In this document: positions 1-12,001 of the stretch, in pieces
Layout: each line of letters starts with the position of its first letter
How positions within the stretch are numbered: position 1 is the stretch's first letter
The notes under the pieces: model-generated
Databases searched by the model: none
What the model was told of the DNA's origin: nothing
The model's input: only the letters and a program-made list of their open reading frames with translations
Assembly: GCA_963693365.1 (NCBI GenBank)
Contig: CAVNZM010000001.1
Location: 13,006,418-13,070,417 of the forward strand
Reading direction: 5' to 3'
Source: Amoebidium appalachense
Lineage: Eukaryota > Protista > Ichthyosporea
Length of the DNA stretch: 64,000 bases
Position numbers and translations under genes: made by a program

Positions 1-13
1 GTTTGCTAGCACC

Positions 14-508
14 ATGTTCTGCACTGATGCTTCCTTGTTGGGTGGTGCAATGGTGTCCCGGGTGCTTCCAGCAACGCTTCTCCGCAAAGTGCTGCCTCAC
101 TGCAACCGGCGTGGCAACTACAGCCAGCTGTCTGGTCCTGTGCACGAGCCAAGCCCGTCTGCCCCCCCGGCACCTATCCTGGCAGCTGTTGGTGGCCGGT
201 GGACCACCAACATCAGTCATCGTTGGCGCCACTCCGACCACATCAACATTCTGGAGGGAGAAGCCTTGCTCCTGGGGCTTCGTCGATTAGGTCGGTCTAC
301 GGCTGCCCGGGGCTCCCGCTACCTTTGGGGCCTTGATTCGACGGCGCTGCTTGGGGCTTTTGCTAAGGGTCGTTCAGTATCCCGACGCCTTAACCGTGTA
401 TGCCGCCAGGTGGCTGCCTACACGCTTGCCCTTGACATTCGTTTGTATTGTGTGTGGCTGCCGTCAGCTCACAATCCTGCAGATGGTCCCTCGCGGTTTT
501 CTGGCTGA
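14..508 (+). CDS. RNase H C-terminal part of a tyrosine-recombinase retrotransposon pol (copy 1, 5' end outside the window)
   Basis: DIRS-type RNase H motifs CTDAS, HINILEG, LDST and NPADGPSR. Near-identical to the reverse complement of ~5326-5830. Confidence 0.88.
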   Translation: MFCTDASLLGGAMVSRVLPATLLRKVLPHCNRRGNYSQLSGPVHEPSPSAPPAPILAAVGGRWTTNISHRWRHSDHINILEGEALLLGLRRLGRSTAARGSRYLWGLDSTALLGAFAKGRSVSRRLNRVCRQVAAYTLALDIRLYCVWLPSAHNPADGPSRFSG

Positions 509-806
509 CCAGGCCATAAAGCCCCCAACCCTCAAGGCCTACCGGGATGCTGTTGTTGAGTTCCCGGATTGGTTGCCCCCTGGCACCGACACCAATTCCC
601 CCACCGAACTGGACGACCTCCTGGTGGAGTATTTTGAGGAGTGTTATGCCATTGATCCATCGCGTGGCCAGCGTCAGCGCTGTGTCAACACAGCTGCCGG
701 CATCAAGCATTTCATGCCACGCCTGGGTCCACACCTGCAGGCCGCCCAACGGAGCCTGCAGGGCTGGAACCGGCTTGTTCCAGCAAAGACCACGCCCCCG
801 CTGTGA
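483..806 (+). pseudogene. Truncated N-terminus of the tyrosine recombinase (copy 1)
   Basis: MVPRGFLADQAIKPPTLKAY... matches the YR at 4422-5351 but stops after PAKTTPPL and runs directly into terminal-repeat sequence. The catalytic domain is missing. Confidence 0.85.
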
Positions 807-1205
807 AAATTTTTCATTGGTTGATGTGCAGCAAAAATTCCATTTTTGGTAGATTATTTCATTGATTTGATAGGTTTTAAGTCATTTCTTCATATTTCCA
901 TTGGCAAAAATGTGGGCCGCACTATATCATTCGCTTGCGCGGCCCCAGGGAGGTCAGTTGCGGAGCTACTGAGCGTGTTTAGGATTCTTTAGGCCCAATT
1001 TTTTAGCTAAGTTTTTGCCCACCCACCACACCCTTTGCCTATTTAGGCACTAGGCTACGTTTTTTGAGCATGTTTCTGTATGACATTTGTCATTCTTTTC
1101 ATTGCTCCTGTGGAGCACACCTGTGCCTGCTTGTGAGATTGATCCACAGGCACCGGCTCATGTATCCCCTTGCTGGGGCTGGTAAAGACGACGTTGGCAT
1201 AAGAA
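803..1205 (+). repeat. Terminal repeat modules A (~803-1018) and B (~1110-1205) of YR retroelement copy 1
   Basis: 803-1018 is the reverse complement of ~8732-8943. The whole block is also inverted relative to ~2626-2955. Module B matches the reverse complement of 4320-4414. Confidence 0.85.
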
Positions 1206-2537
1206 AACAGCCGTTTACGGGCGGGCCTCAGGAGGCCCTGCCGACTTGTCTAGATCTAAGGACACATTCTGCTCAAGAGCAGTGCCAGCGACTTAGAGGC
1301 CTATGAATCTGCGGGCTTGTGGGTTATACGCACGCAGGATATGGCTCACTGTTCACAACATCCAATTGGCTACAGGGGAATGTCAAGAACAAATAGGGCT
1401 ACACTTAAACAGGACCAATCATTGCATTTACATTTACGTACAGAGAAATGATTGGATAAGCCATACCTAGAGACTAACCAATCGGAATGCTATTTCTTAT
1501 GGCAACTTCGCCTTTACCAGTCCCAGCACAGGGATGCTTGATGTTGTGCCTGCTGACCCTATGATCTCAGGCACATGTGTGCTCCAATTCAAAGCCTTAT
1601 GAGGCAGGGTTTCAAAGCCCAACGAGGCAAGGGTTCAAAGCCTAATAAGGCAAGGGTGGGTGGGTGGGCAAAAACTTGACTACAGGCAGTAACCTAAAAA
1701 GGCCTACCTACTTACACCAAAACAAATTGTATAGACCAGCATATGTACATCGCCGAATTTTCACGACCACTATCACATGCATATCTCGCACACGGAATCC
1801 TGTTACTCTGTCTCCGGTGCTGTCCAATGCTCCTGCAAAGAACAAACGTTCACAAACGAATCATAGTTGTAGTAGCTGACGGTGTGAACATGTCACTTGG
1901 TCGTCTGTGTTGCGGTCGTTCCTCAAAGAGAACCCGTTTAAAAACGAACCAGTGTGTCTGTATCGGATGATGATCAATCAGTTCAACTTTTTATAAAAAG
2001 CACCATCTCGATGAACCTTGAATATACCCCAAGACATCGCTCCTTCACCATACAAAACTGGGTTGCCAAAACGCAGGCCAGGGCCGAAACGTGGGCGAAT
2101 TGTCAGAATGGAGGAACAAGGGTTGTGAAGCCAGCAAGGCCATCTCCAGAATTCGGCTAAAGCCAGCAAGGGACCAGGTGGACCGCTGTGTGGATGGGCA
2201 GTGCTGAATGTGAAGAGTGCAGCATAAACGGTGTAAAACAAAGTACTGAACTAGAGAAAACAGCCGTTCACGAGCCTCAGGAGGCCCTGCCAACTTGCTA
2301 GACTAAAGACACATTCTGCGCAGGAGCCGTGCCAGCGACTGGGAGGCCTACAAATCTGCGAGCTAGCGGTTTACATACACGCAGGATTTGGCTCTCAACA
2401 TCCCATTGGCTACAGGGAAATGTTAAGACTAAATATGGCTACACTTAAACAGGGCCAATCTGTGCACTTACATGACGTACAGAGAACTATTTAAATGTCT
2501 AACCCATGCCTAGAGACTAGCCAATCAGAATGCTAGT
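1203..2537. repeat. Dispersed direct repeat of ~290 bp (1203-1495 and 2256-2537)
   Basis: Both copies read gaaaacagccgtt...cctcaggaggccctgcc...ccaatc(a/g)gaatgcta and contain several CCAAT motifs. Confidence 0.8.
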
Positions 2538-4421
2538 TAGTGCTAATACAGCTCGAATTCCACATGTCACTTCGTCGTCCGGGGCTGTGGCAGTTCCTCA
2601 AAGAAAACACGTTTAAAAATAAACCATTCTTATGCCAACGTCGTCTTTACCAGCCCCAGCAAGAGGATACAGGAGCCGGTGCCTGTAGATCAATCTCACA
2701 AGCAGGCACAGGTGTGCTCCACAGGAGCAATGAAAAGAATGACAAATGTCATACAGAAACATGCTCAAAAAACGTAGCCTAGTGCCTAAATAGGCAAGGG
2801 TGTGGTGGGTGGGCAGAAAACTTAGCTAAAAAATTGGGCCTAAAGAGACCTAAACGCGCTCAGTATCGCTGAAGAAATGACTTAGAACCTATCCAATCCA
2901 TGAAATCTACCAAAATGGAATTTTTGCTGCACATCAATCAATGAAAAAATTTCACAACTGGCTAAAACCCCTAGATCAGAAAGACCAAATCAATTGCCGC
3001 CCATTTCGGACTAGATATAACTCACACTCATCAATGTGGCATATCCCACAGTTCATAAAAACAACTACAGCTCCCTAAATAAAAATGCTAGCAGCCTGAA
3101 ACTTTGGACACACATCAAACACACCAAGGCCTACAACATTATACTACTACGAAGTTTACAGCACACTCGCAACACACAATTTCACTCCAACGGGGCTATC
3201 TAATTCTCCTGCAAAGAAAACACGTTTACAAACTAAATAATATTTTTAGTTTCCATAGCCGCAAACCGTGTCCAAAAAGCTTTTTTCCGAGCCGAGTTTT
3301 AGCGCGCTAAAGTATTTAAATTCAGTCTCCTGACCTAATTTTAATTTCCCCGTCTCCGAATCAGATCGCTACATTGCGGCCCCGTTGACAAATATATTCC
3401 AATCAGATTGTTCCTGAATATTTTAATTGGTTTGCATCCAAACATGTATAGTAGAACGCTATGTGCCCTTAGACACTTGGACATGCCACTCGGCTGCACC
3501 GTCTGTGCATGTGTACAGCTGCTTGCAACTAGTGCTGTATGTGCAGAAGGCTAGCAGTGGGCTGTAGCCAGCGGTTTGGGGCAGGGAAGGACTGATTACC
3601 AACCAATAGATAAGGTAGAATGCTACCTTGCGATGATGCGAGCTATTTACACTGCAGGATTGGCTGGGGATCATGATTCTCATATGAATCCTGATGCCAT
3701 ATACATGTCATGATCATTGCAACTTAAATGCTTTTTTATTGATAATAATAAGTAATGGTTAGTTTGTAAACCTTTGTTCTTTGCAGAAGCATTGGACAGC
3801 ACCGGAGACAGGGCATGACAGGACTCCATGTGCAAGCCATGTAGGTGATAGTGGTCGTTAAAATTTGGTGATGTATGCTGGTCAATACGATCTAGGTGGT
3901 TATTGGTGAAAGTATGTAGTGGAACGTGTTCGGCCTGCATATGTAGAGGTTTTGATTAAACCATAGTCATGAGGTCATCCAGCCCGCAATAGTTTTTGCA
4001 TGCCGATGCTTTGGCTTAGAGTCTTTCGGCTGCTGTGTGCGTCTCAGTCGTTGTGCTTATTAGCATAGTGTAGGTAGGCCTCTTCGGCTGCCCGCTCGGT
4101 GTAGCAGTGCTGTTAAAAGCAAATAGATAGGCCCTTTCAGGTTACTGCCTGTTTTTGCAAGTTTTTGCCCACCACCCACCCTTGCTTGCCTCATTAGGCT
4201 TTGAAATTTTTCTTAGGACCTTTGTTTGGTTGCTCCTGTGGAGCACACATGTGCTTGAGATCATATTGTCAGCAGGCACCACCTCAATTATCCCCGTGCT
4301 GAGGCTGGTCAAGGCCACATTCTTATGCCAACGTCGTCTTTACCAGCCCCAGCAAGGGGATACATGAGCCGGTGCCTGTGGATCAATCTCACAAGCAGGC
4401 ACAGGTGTGCTCCACCACTCA

Positions 4422-5351
4422 CTACCTGGCACGGGAAGGAACGAACCATGCCGTGGGTGACTGACGCAGCGCTGCAGCCCGGGCAAGGAGAGACGCAGGC
4501 ACCCGAATAGAAAGAACAAGAGACTGGCCGGCCTGCACATACGGGCGGAGGGAGGCATGCGATCTCCATCGACCACGCAGAGCAATCGTCTCTACTGAAA
4601 CACCCCTGACGTAGTCTCTCGAGGCACCACAATGGCGAAGACTGTGGAGATGGAACCCATACTCGTTGAGGCCGAGGGAGTCACATGCCGCTTGGAACTT
4701 GGCACGCAGAACATCATACGAGAAAGGAAACAGCCGCGCAGAAGGGGGGGCACCACGGAACCAGAAAGACAGGATGGCCAACAGGGACGGATCGGTGATG
4801 GGGACAAACTGATTTGGGCCGGTCTTGGTGTCGGCCAGGCGGATGCCGCCTGTACCGGGTGGCATGTCTTGGGGAACGGGGTCGTCGGGCAAAATAAGAT
4901 CCGCACGGGTGAGCATAAGCAGCTCACTGACACGAAAATAACACTCAAATCCAAGCAAAACAGCAATACCAAACAAGGGGCCAATTTTGGAATACAAATG
5001 ATGGCCAATAACGAGGACCAATGAAAACGGAAGCGGGGGCGTGCTCTTTGCTGGAACAAGCCGGTTCCAGCCCTGCAGGCTCCGTTGGGCGGCCTGCAGG
5101 TGTGGACCCAGGCGTGGCATGAAATGCTTGATGCCGGCAGCTGTGTTGACACAGCGCTGACGCTGGCCACACGATGGATCAATGGCATAACACTCCTCAA
5201 AATACTCCACCAGGAGGTCATCCAGTTCGGCGGGGGACTTGGTGTTGGTGCCAGGGGGCAACCAATCCAGGAACTCAACAACAGCATCCCGGTAGGCCTT
5301 GAGGGTTGGGGGCTTTATGGCCTGGTCAGCCAGAAAACCGCGAGGGACCAT
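4422..5351 (-). CDS. Tyrosine recombinase of a DIRS-like retroelement (open, 309 aa)
   Basis: Catalytic signature R (YFRVSELL), K (DTKTG), HxxR (HSLRH), W (RGRW) and Y (LRPYV). The start overlaps the end of the RNase H ORF. Confidence 0.92.
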   Translation of the reverse strand: MVPRGFLADQAIKPPTLKAYRDAVVEFLDWLPPGTNTKSPAELDDLLVEYFEECYAIDPSCGQRQRCVNTAAGIKHFMPRLGPHLQAAQRSLQGWNRLVPAKSTPPLPFSLVLVIGHHLYSKIGPLFGIAVLLGFECYFRVSELLMLTRADLILPDDPVPQDMPPGTGGIRLADTKTGPNQFVPITDPSLLAILSFWFRGAPPSARLFPFSYDVLRAKFQAACDSLGLNEYGFHLHSLRHCGASRDYVRGVSVETIALRGRWRSHASLRPYVQAGQSLVLSIRVPASLLARAAALRQSPTAWFVPSRAR

Positions 5352-7304
5352 CTGCAGGATTGTGGGCTGACGGCAGCCACACACAATACAAACGATTGTC
5401 GAGGGCAAGCGTGTAGGCAGCCACCTGGCGGCATACACGGTTAAGGCGTCGGGATGCTGAACGACCCATTGCAACAGCCCCAAGCAGCGCCGTCGAATCA
5501 AGGCAAGGTAGCGGGAGCCCCGTGCAGCCGTAGACCGACCTAATCGACGAAGCCCCAGGAGCAAGGCTTCTCCCTCCAGAATGTTGATGTGGTCGGAGTG
5601 GCGCCAACGATGTCTGATGTTGGTGGTCCACCGGCCACCAACAGCTGCCACTGCCAGGATAGGTGTCGGGAGGGCGGACGGGCTTGGCTCGTGCACAGGA
5701 CCAGCCAGACAGCTGCCTGTAGTGGCCACGCCGGTTGCAGTGAGGCAGCACTTCGCGGAGAAGCGTTGCTGGAAGCACCTGGGACACCACTGCACCACCC
5801 AACAAGGAAGCATCAGTGCAGAACATGGTGCTAGCAAACCCAGAACGCAAATCACAACGCATCAAAGGGGCCAAAGCACACATCGCCTGAAGCTCCCACG
5901 CCACGGGCGGGGGAAGGGGCTGTTCCCGACCCCCCAGCTGCTCCACAAAACTGTAGACGGCACTCAGAACCAACAAAAGCGGACGCTGCAGCAGTGCCGC
6001 CCACACCCAACCACCAAGCAACTGCTGCAAACGGAGCTGCGTGACGACACCACTACGCAACACGGCCTGGGTTTCCGCCACCAGACGGCACAAGGAAGCG
6101 CCAGACGGGCGCAATATCCCAGAGCGATTCATTTCCAGGCCTAGCAGCACCATAGAGGACGACGAACCAGCAGCCACATCCTTCTTGACATTGGAGGGAA
6201 GACCAGCCGGGCCGGTGACGCCATGATACGATTCACGCTGACGATTGATGGCGGTGGCATCTGTGCCGACCCAGCCACAGTCGTCCACGTACAGGGCATG
6301 CTGCGTGGCCTCCACAGGCCGTGGCACTATCGCACAGAAGCGCTCAATGCGGGGCATGCCGGCTCGGTCAGCCAACTGCCCATGGACGTCTTGAGCCACA
6401 AGCACAGAATGCACCCAGCCCATGGGCACGGTCTTGAGGGCCGGGTACACAAGCCGGTCGGGCCCAGAAATGCCAACAGCCTCCGAAGACACAGGCGGCA
6501 ATCCAAAGTACCGCCACAGCCACTCCGGGGCAAGAAGACGATGGAACTGGTTGTCCATGTCCGACTTGCCAAAATAGAGGCAATCCTCAGGCCCCAGCAA
6601 CAGATCGGCAAAATCGGCAGGGTTGGGCAGGTGCACCTTGAGGGCAGGATGATCACGGGCAAAGAACAGGTTGCCACGGCGGCCGTCAAAAATGACGCGG
6701 GCTCTGGTGTCTTTGGGGACCCCAAACAGCCCATTGATGGCCAGTGGTTTTTCCTTAGCCTTGAAACAGTGCACCATGCCGCAGTCTTGAAGCCGACGAA
6801 GAAGCAGGGGACCGTATTCCCCACTGGGAACATGATGCGCCGGTCGGATGCGGCGCAGCTCTGCAGGCGTCGGCGGAACAGGCTTGAGAAGGCCGCCGTC
6901 GCAGTTGGCCAAAAAAACGGCTGCAGTGTAGGAGACAAAAACTGCAACACGTCCACTGTGGCTCCAACCCCAGGGGGCGGCAAAGCAGAATTTGCCGCCG
7001 TGAGAGGTAGCCATCCTGTCAATACAGGGTAGGCCGTGGGGAACGCAGCCAAGACACTACGCGCAGGCTGAGCGTCGTAGACACCCGCGCGTATAGCATC
7101 GTAGCTGGCCCTAAGGACAAAGGTCCACAGGGCATGGTGGTGACTGTTCACCAACCGGGTCGGGAGTGGGCAAGGGCCGCCTGCCCACAGCTCGTGGAGG
7201 GCACCAAGACAACGGTTCGTCAAAGTAACCCCCTTCAGGCGGTGAGAGAGACGTTGCCGACGGCTATGACTCTGTAGACGGGCTTGTCCAGAACGGTCCG
7301 GCAC
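5326..7304 (-). pseudogene. Reverse transcriptase-RNase H of a DIRS-like retroelement, with frameshifts
   Basis: RT motifs LFGVPK, RVIFDGR, KSDMDNQFH, PMGW and YVDD. RNase H motifs TDAS and NPADGPSR. Frame change at the T7 run (~6911-6917) and compensating indels at ~5705 and ~5505. Confidence 0.88.
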
Positions 7305-7449
7305 AACAAATCAGAGGCGGCAAAGACATGACGTGGCATAGCTGTGGAATCCTTAAAAAAATTAGGGGGCATATTTAATCAAGGGCACGTGGCAGGAAAC
7401 CACAAGAAAATAATATACAGAACCGCGTGCCGAACCCCCAAAGGGCCGT

Positions 7450-8505
7450 TTAGGCCCTGTGCCCACCGGTCCCCGGAGGGGTCGATGGACCGGCTCCGGA
7501 TGGGCCACTGCCGGGACCGCGCCGAGCCCAGGTGACTTCGGCGAGGGTCTTGGCTTGACGAACAGCCCGGGTGGCCAAGGCAGGGGGCAGGGGCAGGCTG
7601 CGCGCAGGGAGCTCCTCAAACTGCTCTGCAACAGCCCAGTCCCCGTTGGACTGATCAGCAGTCTGCACAGCCAGCAGACGGCGTACACCAACTTCCACAG
7701 CAGGTGACTCCTTGCGAGCCTTAGGGTCGGCGGCCAGCAGCAGATCCAGCATACGGGCAAGCGTCAGAGCCTCCCGTTTGTTGCGGTAGCTGACCCAATC
7801 CGCCGCGTGGACAGCCGAAGTGACCGAGGCCTGGTCAGCCAAGGTGCTCTTGATGTAGGAAGGGGCCAGACGTTCTTTGACGCGCAAGTTGACTTTGGCG
7901 CCGCTGGAGAACAGATAACGGCTGGCGTTGGGCTTGGAACGGCCAGAGGAACGACGGCTGCGAGAGGAACGATCGTAGCCACTGCTGCTGGAATCAGAAT
8001 CCTCACTCGACGATGGGGTGTCTTCACTGCCGGTGTCGTACGCATAGACAGGCTCCTTGCCCTTTGCCCGCGCAGACAGCGTGCTCAGCAGGCCGCCGGC
8101 AGAGGGCTTCTTGGGGCGACCAGACTGGGCAACAGAGAGGGCTTGCACTTGGGCAGAAAGCGCCTGCAGCTGCTCTTGGACATCTACACCGTCAGAACGC
8201 CGCTGGGGAGAGGGCGACCCAGGTGGGGGGGAGGCACGGCCGCTGCGAGGAGTGCGACAGAGCAAGTGCAGCTGGTCGGTGACTTTCCAACCGACCATCT
8301 CAGGGTCATCAAAAGCCACCGAGCGCGCCTTGAGGGCTGAAACCACACTGTTGACGGTTTCTGCCTGCAGGCTGTTCCAGGGGAGGGCGTTGGACTGCAA
8401 AACGGCCAGACTTTTGAGACTTGCGTCGTCCGCATCGGTAGAGATCTCCAAAAGCTTATCGAGGAGAGCGGCCCCCTTGGCGACCAGAGCAGATGGAGGG
8501 GCCAT
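7450..8505 (-). CDS. ORF1 / gag-like protein of the YR retroelement
   Basis: Long open ORF between repeat A1 and RT, with a coiled-coil segment, a Ser-rich linker and a helical C-terminal part (RNKREALTLARMLD...EVGVRRL). Assigned by position. Confidence 0.75.
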   Translation of the reverse strand: MAPPSALVAKGAALLDKLLEISTDADDASLKSLAVLQSNALPWNSLQAETVNSVVSALKARSVAFDDPEMVGWKVTDQLHLLCRTPRSGRASPPPGSPSPQRRSDGVDVQEQLQALSAQVQALSVAQSGRPKKPSAGGLLSTLSARAKGKEPVYAYDTGSEDTPSSSEDSDSSSSGYDRSSRSRRSSGRSKPNASRYLFSSGAKVNLRVKERLAPSYIKSTLADQASVTSAVHAADWVSYRNKREALTLARMLDLLLAADPKARKESPAVEVGVRRLLAVQTADQSNGDWAVAEQFEELPARSLPLPPALATRAVRQAKTLAEVTWARRGPGSGPSGAGPSTPPGTGGHRA

Positions 8506-11347
8506 TGCAATGCTCACAAACCAGACTAGAGCACGAAAACTTGAAAACGAAGACTGGAAAATGCAAAAACGCGGGAAAACCGACACCGCAAAAAACTTCC
8601 GAAACCAGCTTAAACCCAACGGCGCGCACGCAAAACTCTTACCAGATGCTGCCGAGGCTAATCGCGCGCTCCTGGTGAAAACAAAACTAGAGAAAAAACG
8701 AACAACAGCGCGAAAAACTGGGACTAGAGTTGCAAAAACTTAGCTAAAAAATTGGGCCTAAAGAGACCTAAACGCGCTCAGTAGCGCCGCAACTGACCTC
8801 CCTGGGGCCGCGCAAGCTCATTATATAGCGCGGCCCACATTTTTGCTATGGAAATATGAAGAAATGACTTAGAACCTATCAAATCCATGAAATCTACCAA
8901 AATGGAATTTTTGCTGCACATCAACCAATGAAAAATTTTCACAAGTGGCTAAAACCCCTAGATCACAAAGACCAAATCAATTGCCGCCCATTTCGGACTA
9001 GATATAACTCAAACTCATCAATATATCCATATGGCATATCCCACAGAACATAGAAACAGCTACAGCTCCCTAAATAAAAATTCTAGCAGCCTGAAACTTT
9101 GAACACACATCAAACACACCAAGGCCTACAACATGTTACTACTACGAATCTTACAGCACACTCGCAACACACAATTTCACTCCAACGGGGCTATCTAATT
9201 CTCCTGCAAAGAAAACACGTTTACAAACTAAATATTGGCATAAGAATTGGTTTATTTATAATTACGTTGTACCATATCTTTGACAATCCTTATCTATGTG
9301 CATGGGTGTGCTGATATGTGCAATAACGGCCCGGAGTATATAGTATACGTGCGGCACGCTCTACTGACAGGGCAGGGCCTCAGGTTGGAACCTGAGCGCG
9401 TGGCACTCATGATCAGTCCACACATTTCCCGCATATTTTGCACCGTGACTACCCAAACTACTCGTATTCCTAAGTCCGCCTAAAATTATTCCGTGCCGAT
9501 CAATCCCTAACTTATACGTTGTATTGGCCGGCTGCATCAAGTTGGTGTGGCCTGCCCCTTCGCCATCAGAGAGGAAACCTACACCGTGTACAGCTCGATC
9601 ATAGAAATAAAGGCTTTTGCACCTAAAACTTATAACCTAAGGACCTGAGCCACCGCCCCCCTCCCCCCCCCCCCCCCCCCACCCCCACCCCCCCAAAAAT
9701 GGCCTGGGGCTGCGCTGTCCATAAACCTCTAGTATGGTGCCAGTGCCCAAACCTTGAAACCCTGATCGCATCCATTCTTAGTCCCAAATCACCCCTGATC
9801 TAGCCCATCATGTCGCTCCTAATAGGATCAAGATATTTGAGGTCCGGAAATGTCTGCTTGACAAATCGCCGACACAATCGCGGGAACACTTCAAGTTTTC
9901 ACTGAGTGACCCTAAATTGGCGCTTTTCATGATAAAAGTGAAGCAGTGGTGCCCCACTATAACAGAGATATCATGGGGTTCTACGTGCCGCGGCTGCAGC
10001 GCAATTGCTTATCCATGAGACTGTTTTCAAAGTTAGAGTTCTAAATTTTGCAAAAAGTGACTGAGGTATCTGCTTTGGCATGAAGAAGCCCCCGGGGGCG
10101 GGGGGGGGGGGGGGAAGAGGGGTCAAAATTTCAGACCTCCCGATATCCATTGGTTATTTATTTATCGTGACCTGTAACATGGTTGGGCGGAAGCAACCCG
10201 GACTTCCCAGGCCATGGTACAGTGACATTGTGTTTGCACGCATTTCTGATGTATATACTGCCTGTACGTGTCTGTCACTGTGTGTGTGTTATCAGAAGTA
10301 GCAGAGGGGAGGCGGGGGAGGGGGGGGGGAGGAAGGGAGGGAAGGACTGCGGAGCTAGTGTCCTGGCTGCGCCCAGGGAGGCCTCTAGCGGGAGAGGGCC
10401 TACAAGTAGCCCGGGGAGGGGGGGACACTAAGAATTAAAATAAGCTACTGTATGCTTCTTATTTTATGCAGAGTTTATGGGCAAGCAGAGATAGCACCTC
10501 GCAGGGTGTTGTGACAACACCGTGACGACAAGAGGAACATAGGGGGAAAGAACAATCGAAGTTGTAACGAGAGAGAATTGTTAAACAATAACTAATAGCG
10601 AGGCCCATTTCATACCTGCAAAGAATTCAAATACTTGCCAAGTAAACTTAGAATTTCCAATCAACATACTTTTAGGATGAAAAGGGCGTTTAATTTAAAG
10701 ATACTTCTCGATTACACAGACGACAAGGCTGGTCTTCCAATTTTACATAATCGAAACTTAGAAACATTAACAGATTTAAGGGCCCCTTAAATAACTTAAT
10801 CATCTGCGTCCCTATTAGTTCACAAACCATTCATATTCGTTTCTAACAAGACACTCATCCAAATACATATATTTCTAATAGTCAACAATCACAGAATGAA
10901 GATCATGTGTGCTGTAAACTTTGTAGGAATGGCTTATTGAGCCAACAACAGCCAATAGAAACGATTCTATGGATAGAATGATGGTGGATATATTTAGAGC
11001 CAGCACCACTAGAACATTTCTATTGGCCATTTATATACTGTGAAGCGCACTGAATTAACACAGCACTAAGACGGAAAATAGAGAGGGGTAATAGCTCACA
11101 AAAAACTTTTTAGGGACGTGGAGCAAAGCAAACGAACTTGTAAGCCAAAGTAGCCCGGTGTACACAAATCAACAATGCCACGGTCTCTAGCACACACAGA
11201 AACAACTGGAGATCAAAGCAAAGACTCTTGATCCGTATAAACAACAACAAAACACTGTCAGGGCCAACAAACACTTAACTTCCAAGCATCTTGTACCGTA
11301 CGTAATAACGCACAGCAACAATGCTTCCTGGCATTAATCATGCAGTA

Positions 11348-12001
11348 CTGGGTGTGTGTGAACGGTCCAGGTCCAGATGGGTTTGGCCAAAATCTCAGTC
11401 TGGATTCCAGCCTACGGCAGTCCACTGGCAGATTGTGGCTGGTGGCGAACAATGCAGACCGCCAGCTGGCTGGATCCGGAAATTCCGACAGCGGGAGTTA
11501 GTGGCTCCTATTACATAACCTATGAAACTTTATTTATTACATGAATACAAGATAAAAGATGCCGAGTGAGAGGAATTGTTTAAAAAAAAAGGAGTCCTAG
11601 CGCCCCCTTCCAGAAGTTGAGGCAGTATGCTTCAAATTTCCTAAGCCGGCAGCCCTTTCCCTTCTAAAGCACAGTATTTATACAATCGCCTAGTCTAATG
11701 TGCTCTGGCCCTAAAAAGTTGCGGAAACCACATAAATCATAAATGATTCAATGATACGATGATCTTTCAAAATTATAAGGTCCGACAGCGAAATCTGCCG
11801 GTCAATCAGATTACTAAAAAACCACAGCCTCCGGTCTGAAAATTGGCGGACAGTTTTCGGACCACGGTCTGGATTTTGGTTCAGGCACGACGATTTCTGG
11901 ACGTCCAGGCCTAATCACACGTCTTTGATCTGCTACTGGGAATGTGACCCCTCTACGTCACCAGAATTCGACCTTGGACCTGGCCGTTCACACATCCACT
12001 A
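11348..12001. mobile_element. Putative MITE with imperfect terminal inverted repeats (hAT-like ends)
   Basis: Left gtgtgaacggtccaggtcca (~11356-11375) versus right tggacctggccgttcacac (~11975-11993). Repeated internal cggtctg and tccgacagcg motifs. No TSD resolved. Confidence 0.55.

Larger units (their letters stand above)
2626..9235 (-). mobile_element. Near full-length tyrosine-recombinase retrotransposon (Ngaro/PAT-like, split direct repeats), copy 2
   Basis: Minus-strand order is A1 (9235-8733), gag-like ORF, RT/RNase H, YR, B1 (4414-4320), spacer, A2 (3243-2815), B2 (2721-2626). No methyltransferase domain is visible. Confidence 0.85.

Noticed and set aside
1110-1205. Hammerhead, HDV or twister ribozyme in module B
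   Set aside because: The conserved catalytic cores were not found by eye, so it is kept only as an unexplained structured motif.
6223-7032. Long ORFs antisense to RT, gag, the fumarate reductase and CUL3 (for example 6223-7032, 8057-8743, 24247-25473, 60497-61522)
   Set aside because: They are shadow ORFs of GC-rich coding sequence on the opposite strand.
10600-10790. KEFKYL-containing frame suggesting a decayed LINE RT
   Set aside because: It is a single short motif with no YADD/FADD or QG context.
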